Made by a program: the position numbers and the translations under genes. A stretch of DNA of 64,000 nucleotides, taken from a virus. Its lineage: Duplodnaviria > Caudoviricetes. The stretch lies in the IMG/VR virus record IMGVR_UViG_3300005973_000002. One strand, written 5' to 3'. A model generated the notes under the pieces. The model was given only the letters and a program-made list of their open reading frames with translations, did no database searches and was not told the origin of the DNA. Numbering within the stretch: the stretch's first letter is position 1; the number at the start of each line of letters is the position of its first letter. Positions 9,201 to 18,600 of this stretch are shown one piece after another.

Positions 9201-10559
9201 CGACTCAATTGTTTTCCATCCATTTATTGTTGGTATGGGCGTATTAATGTCTAGTGCTTTTCCGATTCGATTAGGACCGAATACTCCAACCACGCCTTCA
9301 AGATCGTTGAAGTTAATCCTATTTCCTTCCCCATACCTGAAAATATTATCAAACTCAAGTGACTTGATTGACCAATTGCAATTCTTCGTAAGACTGTCAG
9401 CCTCTCTGACCATTAGCTTGGACATGTAGCCTCTAATCAAATTTTCAGCCTCATCTAGTTGGTCAATATCAAAATGATAGTTTTGAGCATGTGCTCTGAT
9501 ATAGTCAAGATAAAGACGAACTACTGCATCTGGGTCTTGCCTCAATCCCTTTTTGGAGATCTTCAGCGAGTTGGATTCAACATGATCCATCTTTGAAATG
9601 ATGTCATATTTGAAAGTTACTTCGCTTGCTTTTCTAACTTCTCTTAGATCATGTACTAACTTTCTAGCTTCGATAGAAGGGATAGCAAATGAAGAAGAAA
9701 CTCTAAAACGAGCGCCTGGCAAAAAAGCTTTTTCACCCCTGCTTTCAACAACCTTCTTGATTGTTTCGTCTACGGTTCCTTCCCAATGTATGGTAACAAA
9801 CGGGCTATAATTCTCCAATTTCTTAAAAGAAACATCCCAATCGTCTCGTGTGCGGATGTCCCAAACAAGATAACCTTTAGTCTCAGTTTCACCAAAGTTT
9901 TGTTGGATAAGAGAGCCAGGATAGCCCATCCATGGCTTTTCAACACCATTCTTATCTTTGCGTTTTGCCAAATACTGCTGTTTGTGAATGTCGCCCAGAA
10001 GCGCAAAATCAAACTTAGTAAAGTCCGAAACCTCAGCTTCGCAGTTTTCCCAAGGCAATGTCCAATTATTGTCCATTACCGAGCCCGCAACAGAACCGTG
10101 ATAAAGAGCTATGTTGATTGCTCCCTCTACTGGCTTTACACTTGGCCAACCTTTTTGGTCAAAGGGTGAAAAAGCTCCGATATAAACATCTTGATCTTTA
10201 AGATCATCGACTTTGTAAACGCCCGACTTACGAAGCAGATGTGCTTTGGGATGATCAATCGATTCATGAATCGGGGTAATAATGTCCTTACGATGCAAAT
10301 TAGTAAGGTTGCCATCATGGTTGCCAAGAAGGGTATATGTCGGAGCAATGTCCGCAAGAGAGCGAAACATCCAAGCAAGTCGTTCAATAATTTCAGGAGT
10401 GATGCCCTGAGTTTTGGTATGAAAAGTATCTCCAGTGTTAACGATTAGATCAACATTGAGTTCTCTCAATTGCCTGTAAAGTTCTTCAAAAGCTTTATTA
10501 TATTCCCTATGCCTTTGAATACCTCGCCAATGTATGTCCGAGATATGAATTATGCGCAT
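6294..10559 (-). CDS. sbcD-sbcC: fused SbcD/Mre11 nuclease + SbcC/Rad50 ATPase, intein-containing
   Basis: Phosphoesterase motifs SDIH, TGD, GNHD, LYHG, GDIH; Walker A GPNRIGK/SS split by an intein; coiled coil with CGDQFPDC hook; signature ASGMEK; Walker B IIDEGFG; ISH. Confidence 0.92.
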   Translation of the reverse strand: MRIIHISDIHWRGIQRHREYNKAFEELYRQLRELNVDLIVNTGDTFHTKTQGITPEIIERLAWMFRSLADIAPTYTLLGNHDGNLTNLHRKDIITPIHESIDHPKAHLLRKSGVYKVDDLKDQDVYIGAFSPFDQKGWPSVKPVEGAINIALYHGSVAGSVMDNNWTLPWENCEAEVSDFTKFDFALLGDIHKQQYLAKRKDKNGVEKPWMGYPGSLIQQNFGETETKGYLVWDIRTRDDWDVSFKKLENYSPFVTIHWEGTVDETIKKVVESRGEKAFLPGARFRVSSSFAIPSIEARKLVHDLREVRKASEVTFKYDIISKMDHVESNSLKISKKGLRQDPDAVVRLYLDYIRAHAQNYHFDIDQLDEAENLIRGYMSKLMVREADSLTKNCNWSIKSLEFDNIFRYGEGNRINFNDLEGVVGVFGPNRIGKALDINTPIPTINGWKTIESITTNDFVFDSNGRPCRVTAKSPIYTEHKCYELVFSDGTKVVADADHQWIVNDHKAMAKQRKLTKSHKKVVTTKQMFESQTFSVGKNKVNHWSITNCSPVQYPKRFLPLDPYVLGCWLGDGHSHSSEITCFDEEILENIKKSGETILEKKRPGSFTVKLLSPRLRSLGVLGNKHIPSMYMIASVPERISLLQGLMDTDGSCSKSGLVEFCQCDEKLAHQVKELACSLGFKTTIRVEDAKLYGKTISKRYRVSFTPHKNDICPFRLSRKANRIRAVKNAFADRTKRRYVVDIKPVPSIPVQCLVVDSPDHSFLFGRNYVPTHNSSIVGAIMYALYNTTDRGPMKTAHIINKNKNYCKAKVRISVGGTDYIIERQSQRVIPKRNKRKYDPDKTTTTLNFCRIEWDEEHGVEKKISENSISRDDTDKQIRNLIGTSNDFLLTALSSQGSVDKFIKEGPTDRKKILARFLELDIFEKLYSLCKDDYNSLNSKGSYLSPESIVNQIKKARKRASDLEKSIEVLTERIFKHREQKDEIKLWLMHHEKSAAEVDLAQIDALEKKIKELEDKYMAKSTELEKTRKTVRDTGKALKTTTSAKRKYNIDVLNAELESFEALKATMHELKHELNSQKAILENQKKNVKKLNVVPCGDQFPDCHYIRDGHRDKKKVAKQAETVNKLSEQYSNAEATFEEYIAKRIKESIEEYRKLDREEFELSSKLESARNNRNHIRSQITSIKAEIKKTKKELVRLQKTVDILEGKEFERKKESLDRIRDTIHSLESKKTDIIRELGGQQESLKRLLLEEEETKSLIKKLKIYDSIVAAFSKTGIPAMVLKSQLPAINQELNKILEGIVEFKISLETDVKSNVMDVYIEDGHSSRIIELASGMEKTLASLALRVALSNLSSLPKSDILIIDEGFGALDEENIQSSMEMLTFLRGYFKTILVISHVTQIKEVADRIIEVKNDGTESKVTTF
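8238..9257 (-). mobile_element. 340-aa intein with LAGLIDADG homing endonuclease, class 3-like (Ala1)
   Basis: Starts ALDINTPIPT, ends VPTHN followed by Ser; block B DHQW, block F VQCLVVD; WLGDG and LMDTDG motifs. Confidence 0.9.
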
Positions 10560-10591
10560 AATATGTTCCGTAAATCTTTCTCAAATAAACG

Positions 10592-11608
10592 TCATTGCAT
10601 TATCGATGCAATTTTCAGTCTAAGATGATAGTTTGTCGAATATGTCTTAGCAGAATTTAATAGATCGATAAACTCTGATTTCGATAGATCACCGACATCT
10701 TTGGTTTTATCCCTATGTTCAACAATTTTCACTGGTATATCAAATTCTAGAAATCGATTGGCTAATTCAAGTTGTTTACTCTGACCTTCTTTGTCGGGAT
10801 CAAAAGCTAAAATAACCGGCGTACGATTTTTGATAATCTTTTGAAGAAGTTCATATTCGAGCGTTAGTTCTGATCCTAAAACGCAAGTTGCATTTGCATT
10901 ACACTTCAAAAGATCAAATGGTCCTTCGACAATTGTGAGTGCTTCTTTCCAATCAATATTCAGTTCATTGAATATGACGTTTTTTCGGTTGCAGTATGGG
11001 TTATTGTATTTCTTGTTAGGGTTTCGGCGCCAGCTTCTGCCCGTCCAATAAGATAGTGTACCATCACAATCAAAAGATGGAATAATAATTCTATCCTTGC
11101 AGCCTTCTTTATAAAATGTTGTTATGCCAATTTTCCAATACCAAAGTTCGGCCTGAGTTTTAATTCCACGACTGTTGAGATATTCAATAGCCTTTTCAAA
11201 ATATCTTCTCTGATAGGTATCGAAAGAAGTCAAACGAGCTGAAGCGTCGGCCAACAAGGTAAACCCTTTTGGAAGGACTATTGGCTTATATGTTTGTGTG
11301 ACCTCAGCTTCGCTCGCTTTCAGCTCCTCAGCATCGAGGAACGAATCTTTATATTCTGACAAATGTTCAGGAGCCCACCTTGCTAACAATTTGTAGATGT
11401 TCCTATTTTTGTATCCACAGACCCAGCAATGAACAAAATGTGGCTTGGTAGTTTTTATAGCTAATTTTCTTTTTGAATAACTACCACCTTTTGCATTTCT
11501 ACAGAAAGGACAAACTAACTGTATATTGTTTTTACGACCATCTAATTTACCATCCCCAAAAGACCTTTGAATAAAAGATATAAATTGTCCTTCAGTATAA
11601 TGACTCAT
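10592..11608 (-). CDS. DNA primase (zinc finger + Toprim)
   Basis: CPFC...HCWVC zinc finger, RIIIP, IVEGPFD and AFDPD Toprim motifs. Confidence 0.85.
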   Translation of the reverse strand: MSHYTEGQFISFIQRSFGDGKLDGRKNNIQLVCPFCRNAKGGSYSKRKLAIKTTKPHFVHCWVCGYKNRNIYKLLARWAPEHLSEYKDSFLDAEELKASEAEVTQTYKPIVLPKGFTLLADASARLTSFDTYQRRYFEKAIEYLNSRGIKTQAELWYWKIGITTFYKEGCKDRIIIPSFDCDGTLSYWTGRSWRRNPNKKYNNPYCNRKNVIFNELNIDWKEALTIVEGPFDLLKCNANATCVLGSELTLEYELLQKIIKNRTPVILAFDPDKEGQSKQLELANRFLEFDIPVKIVEHRDKTKDVGDLSKSEFIDLLNSAKTYSTNYHLRLKIASIMQ

Positions 11609-12510
11609 CTATATCTCCAGCCTTTATATTCGGTTATTTCTTCACGTAACAACATACAAAATCTTGAGTATGATAATTTTTTTTGCTTTGAAAAGTCTCT
11701 AATATTTCGTATTTCTTCATAAGAAACACCCTGAGGAGAGAGTAACACTCTTTTTAGTTTATTTTTACCAACGTTACCTTGGTTTTTTAGGACGATATCA
11801 TAATTTTTTGACAAACACCAACGTTTATAATGTAATCTCTTGCCGTTGATTACTTTAGCAATGCCGCTTCTGGCAAGATTATATTCTTTGCAAAAATCGA
11901 CGATGCCATTTATTTTTACCAGCTTCCCATTGGGTGACATTAATTTTATTTGTTTTTTCCGCCAGGCACAAGATTTCTTAATCTTCTCTATGCGGTTTTT
12001 AGAATGTCTCCTCCCAGTCAAGGTTTGACTTATTTTCATTTTACTATACTCTGTTAAACAATTGCCCGGTCCTTCTGCATGCAATGTTAGATTGTACGTC
12101 TTTTTGCCATTCAATGGTTTCAATTTATTAAGATACTGTTGTTCGACAATAACCAATTTATCTTTGGGCACATGTTTTAGTAAAGCAAATTCAAAAACAT
12201 CCTCTCCGTATTTCCAATATTCTCTTTCAAGATATTTATTACGATATTTTTTAGCGAATAAATTAGACAAATGCCTCAAATATCTTCGTCGAAGGCATAC
12301 AGCTCGACCAATATAAATTTTATTATTTTTAGTATTAAAGTTGTCAGTTCTTATCACCAGTTTTTGTTTTTCATATCTGTCATTCTTAACAGATTTGCAC
12401 ATAGGGCAAACAACTGAGATGTTTTTTCCACCATTAGACAACCGCCCCTTGTCGAAAACTTTTTCGATAAAGGTAATGGCTTGCCCTTGTGTAAAAAACT
12501 TTGAACTCAT
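11605..12510 (-). CDS. GIY-YIG/NUMOD homing endonuclease fused to a primase-like N-terminus
   Basis: First ~58 aa align with the primase N-terminus; then NNKIYIG...R...H, EQQYL, YN, NUMOD3-like GRRHS..RIEKI and repeated SPxG units. Confidence 0.75.
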   Translation of the reverse strand: MSSKFFTQGQAITFIEKVFDKGRLSNGGKNISVVCPMCKSVKNDRYEKQKLVIRTDNFNTKNNKIYIGRAVCLRRRYLRHLSNLFAKKYRNKYLEREYWKYGEDVFEFALLKHVPKDKLVIVEQQYLNKLKPLNGKKTYNLTLHAEGPGNCLTEYSKMKISQTLTGRRHSKNRIEKIKKSCAWRKKQIKLMSPNGKLVKINGIVDFCKEYNLARSGIAKVINGKRLHYKRWCLSKNYDIVLKNQGNVGKNKLKRVLLSPQGVSYEEIRNIRDFSKQKKLSYSRFCMLLREEITEYKGWRYR

Positions 12511-12938
12511 AAGTCTACAGGATTACACTTATCATGACTAGCGATTACAAATTGATCATCAACAAGCAAGAAACAAGTTACTGATGGTGTTGCTTCTTCG
12601 GGCTTTTTAATGACGTTCTTCTCCAGGAGAGCTTTGATCTCTTTTTCAGTATGGCCCCAGTGGAAAGAAGCAAGCACAATAGCCATTTGACCATTGGTTA
12701 TCATAATTTCATTTCCCAGCTTGCCATCAACGCCATATTTTTCAACCAAATGACTAAAATCATCATTGGTAACGAGCTTCGCATGACATTTTATAAAGAA
12801 ATCAACAACGCCTTCTTGGGAATAAGAAACAACACTTACTTTTTTATTTCGGCGCCCATGTATTTTAGTGTTTTGCAAATAAACTGTTTGTCCAGCCTGT
12901 AACAAATATTGGTGTAGGTGCTCTTCGATATCTTTCAC
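12507..12938 (-). CDS. hypothetical protein
   Basis: 143-aa ORF, ATGA-coupled to the next gene. Confidence 0.65.
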   Translation of the reverse strand: MKDIEEHLHQYLLQAGQTVYLQNTKIHGRRNKKVSVVSYSQEGVVDFFIKCHAKLVTNDDFSHLVEKYGVDGKLGNEIMITNGQMAIVLASFHWGHTEKEIKALLEKNVIKKPEEATPSVTCFLLVDDQFVIASHDKCNPVDL

Positions 12939-13144
12939 GTGGCAACTCCTTCGTCTGAGACAGACTACATAGGTTGATTTGCGTCATAAACCCTATTCCG
13001 ACGGGAAAACAAACAAGTTTATCAATAATGTTTTTATTCATTTTGGCGTGCTAGATTATTTATCCATTCTTCATACATAGGTTGCGTTATACTTGAAACT
13101 TGGCACAACCTCTACTTATCAGAACAAACGGAGTCTTCGAATAA

Positions 13145-15613
13145 ATGCGAGCTTTACTCAAAAGAGATGCAAATATTATTGAGGTGCCTGACGATTTTGC
13201 AAGACTTGAATCCATCACTCAAGACGGTTATTTCATCTACAAAATTAGGTACAGGGTTGATCCTGTTAAGGCAGTAAGGTCTCGAGCCTTCATGACCGTT
13301 ATTTCCGCAACTGAAAAACCTCAAGTGCGAAGGCAGGTTAGAACTTTTACAAATTTCAATCCTGTTTTGATCAACAAACGACTTCGTATGAGAAGGGCGC
13401 TTACAAAAGATATTTTACGTCAAGAAGCAGCCGATAGAATTGTTACAATCATTAGTGACATTACTCGAAAAATCCCAAACAATCAAACAATTTCTTTGGC
13501 GAGAGCTACATTTACCTCGCCCCCAACAATAACAAGAGTTCAACGTGTCAGGCCGGCTTTGGTCAACACGATCAGACAGCAGAATTTAGCATTGCCGATT
13601 CTGGATAGGAATACTACCAGGATTCCAAGTATAGTACAGTCCGATACTTTGGCTGACGCCAAAAGAAGTGTGAGACTTCGTTCAAGTCGTCTTGCATTAG
13701 ATCGCAAAAGAGATCCAGCTTCATTTGTTGGTGCGAAAACAAATTCTATTGCGTCCGCCACAAGAGCTATCAACGGAACAGTGTCGCTGAAGTCACCAGC
13801 GGCTCAAACAAATATTAGACTTGGAACGCCCTTGGTATCAACACTGTTGAATCAAAAAAATTACGCCAATCAATTTCAACTTCGAAATTCTGCGTATTTC
13901 AATGTTCCTCTACGAGAAGAATCAACATGGATTGAAATCGAAGAAACGCTCAGGCTCCCAGTTGGAAGTCTTTTATCAGAAGAATTTTTCCTTACATTTG
14001 AGTTGAGAAACAATCGAGAGCTTGATGTTCAAACTCTAACTCGTTCAATTCCCCATAGTGAAAATATTGCAAAGTTACAAATTCCTACTGAACCTCCAGA
14101 GATTGTCGCCTTTTCTGTGGGGGCTCTGGGAAGAACGACACTTAGCGTCAAGCAAAAAGACCGAAATGCAACAAAAATAAGAATATTTCGACGAGAATTA
14201 AACAAGGGCAATCCAGCAATTGATGCGCAATATGACTTTGTTGGTGAGGTAGAAGCAGATTTTGGAGAAGACTTCAAGAAAATAGATGATTTGTACGCTT
14301 CCACAAACCCAATCATTTACAGAGCGGTTCCAGTGAACGGAGATGAAATTCTTGGAGCCGAATTTTCTTCTACGGTAATTGAACAAAAGTCACCACCTTT
14401 TAGCAGGGGTAAATTTAAAAGACAGCCGTATTTTGCAAGTTTAGATCATGAAGTACAAGGCAGAAGTGTTGTAATAACGATTAGAGATATTGCGCCCGGC
14501 CCTATTGCCATGCGTTTATTAAGAAAAGATTTGTCTATTAACCAACAAAATTTTTCTATTGTTCAACCAAGTGGCCAAGGAAGCGAAACTATACTAATTG
14601 AAGTTGATTCCAACGCTCCAATTGTTATTGAAGACAACCAGGTAAAAGAAGGAAGGATCTATGAATACAAGGCTTTATTCATTTTTGACAGTGGGACAGA
14701 AGAAATTGCAGCAAATAATGTCATTGTTGAGTTCTTGCCAGTTTCAGCAAACATTCTCGAACTAGAAATTGGAGAGCCGAATGTTGAACAATCAGGAGAT
14801 GAAATTGATGTAAGTTTTTCAATTGAAAAAAACATCATTCAAACTCAGGGCGATTTAATAAAGTCATTTTTAGAAGAACAAGGTATTACAACCGAATTCC
14901 AAGATCAACTTCTCGCCAACAGGGAACAATTGCAAAATTTGTTTGGGGTGAGAGTCACTAGAAGAAATCTTACCACCGGAGAGCTGGAAGACTTTGGGAT
15001 TATTTCAAGTCCAAATTTCTCAGACAAACGATTTGGAAGAGTAAGATCTGTAAAACCCTTACAAGGTGGACTTGACTACAAATATAACATTACCGCACAT
15101 GCGAGAGACACAGAGACCCTGTTTCCTACACTAAATAAGCTCGTCAACCCACGAACAAATGTAAGCTACAGCTTTTCACCTAGCCGTTGGCGACACCCGA
15201 TTACCCTTCTCAGGGGTAACGTGGTTACCAGCAGAACTTTGGTTAGAAATCATGCTAAAAGCACATTTACATTTGGTCGAGTCGTTGACAATCGGTCTCT
15301 AACAGTGTCTTTGGCAGACATACAACCTTCCTTGCTTTCTGGCAAAGCTGTTCGATTTGGGGAAAATAAAGTTTTAGTTCAGTGGAAAGTGCAAGGTGAT
15401 GTCAATAAAATTGACCACTTTATAGTTATTCTAGAGATTTTGGGGATGAGAACCATCGTTGGTAAATCACACAATATTACCAACTCAAATTACTTTCAGT
15501 TTATAGACAATCTAACAAATAAAGAAAGTGGCGAACTGACTTATTTTATTGTTCCGGTATTTTTTGACTATGGCCGTGGACCTGAACTTAAAACAAACTC
15601 GGTATTGATTTAA
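13145..15613 (+). CDS. large virion structural protein (beta-rich, FN3-like C-terminal segments)
   Basis: 822 aa; first gene of the + strand block; VLVQWK...HFIV...YFIVPV pattern. Confidence 0.6.
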   Translation: MRALLKRDANIIEVPDDFARLESITQDGYFIYKIRYRVDPVKAVRSRAFMTVISATEKPQVRRQVRTFTNFNPVLINKRLRMRRALTKDILRQEAADRIVTIISDITRKIPNNQTISLARATFTSPPTITRVQRVRPALVNTIRQQNLALPILDRNTTRIPSIVQSDTLADAKRSVRLRSSRLALDRKRDPASFVGAKTNSIASATRAINGTVSLKSPAAQTNIRLGTPLVSTLLNQKNYANQFQLRNSAYFNVPLREESTWIEIEETLRLPVGSLLSEEFFLTFELRNNRELDVQTLTRSIPHSENIAKLQIPTEPPEIVAFSVGALGRTTLSVKQKDRNATKIRIFRRELNKGNPAIDAQYDFVGEVEADFGEDFKKIDDLYASTNPIIYRAVPVNGDEILGAEFSSTVIEQKSPPFSRGKFKRQPYFASLDHEVQGRSVVITIRDIAPGPIAMRLLRKDLSINQQNFSIVQPSGQGSETILIEVDSNAPIVIEDNQVKEGRIYEYKALFIFDSGTEEIAANNVIVEFLPVSANILELEIGEPNVEQSGDEIDVSFSIEKNIIQTQGDLIKSFLEEQGITTEFQDQLLANREQLQNLFGVRVTRRNLTTGELEDFGIISSPNFSDKRFGRVRSVKPLQGGLDYKYNITAHARDTETLFPTLNKLVNPRTNVSYSFSPSRWRHPITLLRGNVVTSRTLVRNHAKSTFTFGRVVDNRSLTVSLADIQPSLLSGKAVRFGENKVLVQWKVQGDVNKIDHFIVILEILGMRTIVGKSHNITNSNYFQFIDNLTNKESGELTYFIVPVFFDYGRGPELKTNSVLI

Positions 15614-15614
15614 T

Positions 15615-18600
15615 ATGGCAACAAGAGTACGCAGATTAAGAAGAAGTGCCAACAGCAGTTGTAAAAGACTTGGAGGCTTGAGCGTTCAAGCGGTTCCGGT
15701 TACTTCCACTCAAAGGCGTACAGTCGTAACTGTAAACCCTTCTTCAAACAATCGAAGAAGGGTGGGACGCAGTGCCTCTGGTCGGGTGGTCATACGTACT
15801 GGCGGAACAACAAGAAGAGCTAAAAGAAGAGGAACAATTCAAGCTATAACGGCCGTCAGAAGCAATTCAGCACTGGCTGTTAGGGCGGCAAAACCAGTTC
15901 TTAAAGTTGCTGCCACACGAGTAAGGGTGCCGCTCACCACTACCATTACAAGAATTCGTGTGCCGCTCAGAGTGCAAATCCCGACTCCCAGAATTCGATT
16001 CCAAGTTCCGCTTATTATTCGCCCGCCGTCACAAAGGTATTCTGAAGACACGCTCGATGTTTCAGAAACTAAAATTCAAAACGACAGTTTTGTTCCGGTT
16101 GAAGCGGATGGCATTTCTTCTTTTGTACCTGAAGTTCTTCAAATAACAGACTTCCTTCCCATTTGGGGTAAAAATGTACAAAACCGTCGGTTTTTTCAGG
16201 ATTTTAATGCGACCGGTCGTTTAATTGACGTTCAGTACAACACCTTATTGCTCAGACGAGAAACCATAAATGACCTACTAACCAACATGGCTGAAAGCCG
16301 GAGAACAAATACTCAACGCAGAGGTCGGCAGGGTCGCTCACAGAGAGAATTGAACTTTCAAATTGATAAATTTGAGCAAAAAATTCTTAGCGAATTGCAA
16401 AGAACCGGCAGAACAGTCAATTATTATCAACAATTCATTGGGGCTGCTGAAGTATTCAAAACGTTGTTGGACCTAAAGAACATTCCCAAGGCTAGTTTTG
16501 ATCGACAGTTTCTTACATTAGAGGATTTTTTCCAGCGCAGAATGCAATACACATCAGAACAATTTAAAATCTTTTCTGATACTAAAATCATCCAACAGCT
16601 CCTTGCTGATTTCAAAGAAATTGCTGAAAACTATTCTACCAACCTACTTGGTTTAATTGACACTGATCGAGACACGGATGACAGTCCTGTCTTGCTCGAT
16701 AGAACCTATACGTTGAATGATGGTTTTACATTTACTATTGACCAAATCAGATCAAGTGATGCGGCTGTGAATGCAAGTGAACGTGCATTCTTTAATACGT
16801 TTTTGAATTCTTTGCCGAGTAATTCTGACGATAGAATTAAACTTCTCATTACGGTCTTAAGCAAAGAATATCGTGTTTCTAGAGGACTTGGTGTTCCAAG
16901 TAATCAAAAGCAACTTAGCGAAATTTTTGCAAGTGGAGATACGGGTTCTCCTTTTGACAACATTATTGGAGTTGTTGGAGATAATATTTTTGAATCGCCA
17001 CTTGGTCCAGAATCATTACTTTCGCTTACAACTTTGGGTATAGATGAAAACACATCAGTTCTTCCATTTGAGAGGAAATACGTTGATACTGATGATTATA
17101 AGAAAACATACGTCCCTGGTAGTTCATATTTCGTAGATAGCCTACTAAACATTACCAACAACGACTTTAACACCACTCCATTTGAAGAATATGCAAACCA
17201 ATTTGCTAGGAAATTTTCAACCGCCAATGGAGTTATTTACAACTTGTTTAGCCTTGGACGTGAGTCGGCAATCTCTCCTTCAACAATGAATGACAGATTT
17301 CTAGCATCGTTCAGAAACTCAATCGAAAACACAACCAACATTTTCTCTCTTAATAGAGACCAGGCTATTGTAGCTGCCATTTTTAAACTTGCAAACAATG
17401 ACAACGAACTAAAAAGCAAACTGTTTCAATTTTGCTTGTTGGTCGGCTTAGCTACAAACAGTTCTTCAGACTTAAAGCCAATATTTCGACAACTTGCGTC
17501 TGAACTTAGAACAATAAACAACTTGTCAGAAGTGCGAGTTTCACCAGGTTCAACACCCAGCTTGTTTGGGGGGTTGCAAACCTTAAGACCTTTCATTGAG
17601 CGCCTAGCTGCCGACATAGAAAATCGTGTACTTGCACTGACAACACCAACGCCCCGATTTTCTTTAGGTCTAACCCTTAGAGCAAATCCACAGTTTACCA
17701 GATTGCGAACAAGAACTAGTCAACGTACTGCTTCTGTATCGGCCTTTTCACGTTTAAGCGTTTCTGCATTAAGAAACAACCAAACAACAATTAATATCGA
17801 AAGGTTTGTTATTAGACGTGTATTGCTATCAAATATAGATCCAAGAAGCTCCTCTATTTCAAATTTCATCAAAGAATACGTAAATATTGCAAATGATTTT
17901 GCACAAGCTGCGGCCTATAATGGTGAAACCAATTACCTGCTGCCCGATCAGACAGGAAGAACTAGATACAATTTTATCAGTACCTCAACTCAACTTTTGA
18001 TTGTTTTTGAAATATTGTCAAGTTATGTTGCAAAGTATAGCTTTGCCAGCTTTGATCGTTCTCCCTCTATCTTCAATACTCTTATTACAATTGATGGTGA
18101 AAAAAATGACTTTGTAGAAAGTGTAATTGATGATATGATAGGAGAAAAATCTGTACCGGTTATTGTGCCAGCAGATTACGCAACAAGATTGGCAAGAACG
18201 GTTCCTAATATAGTCTACGGCAGACAAGCCACTGCTACAACCGCCATTCGTCAATCAACTTCTGCCGTTAATAACCTGCTTCGTCCTACTCGTATTACAG
18301 TTAGACGTTCTGGTGCGTCCACAAGATCTTCCAACCCAACATCTTTTGCTGGTGGTTTTCTAAGTCGAGTAAGAAATTCTAATGAAAGAACGCTCATACA
18401 AAACAATTTAGGTTCCGCATTCTTGGGCAATCAATCTATTCGTCGGATAGGCTTAACTCGTTTCACACCTCTATTTTTCAGCAAAACTTCAGTGAACCTA
18501 AGAAACGCATTGTTTGCAATTAGAAGCAAAATTTCAACCGAAGATGCGATCATTAATAACATTCTGAATATTCTTCAAGTTGTTGACCGACGAGTTAGAA

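Noticed and set aside
11605-12510. Group I intron interrupting the primase
   Set aside because: The downstream primase already has a complete N-terminus, and there is no non-coding space for an intron core between the ATGA-coupled ORFs
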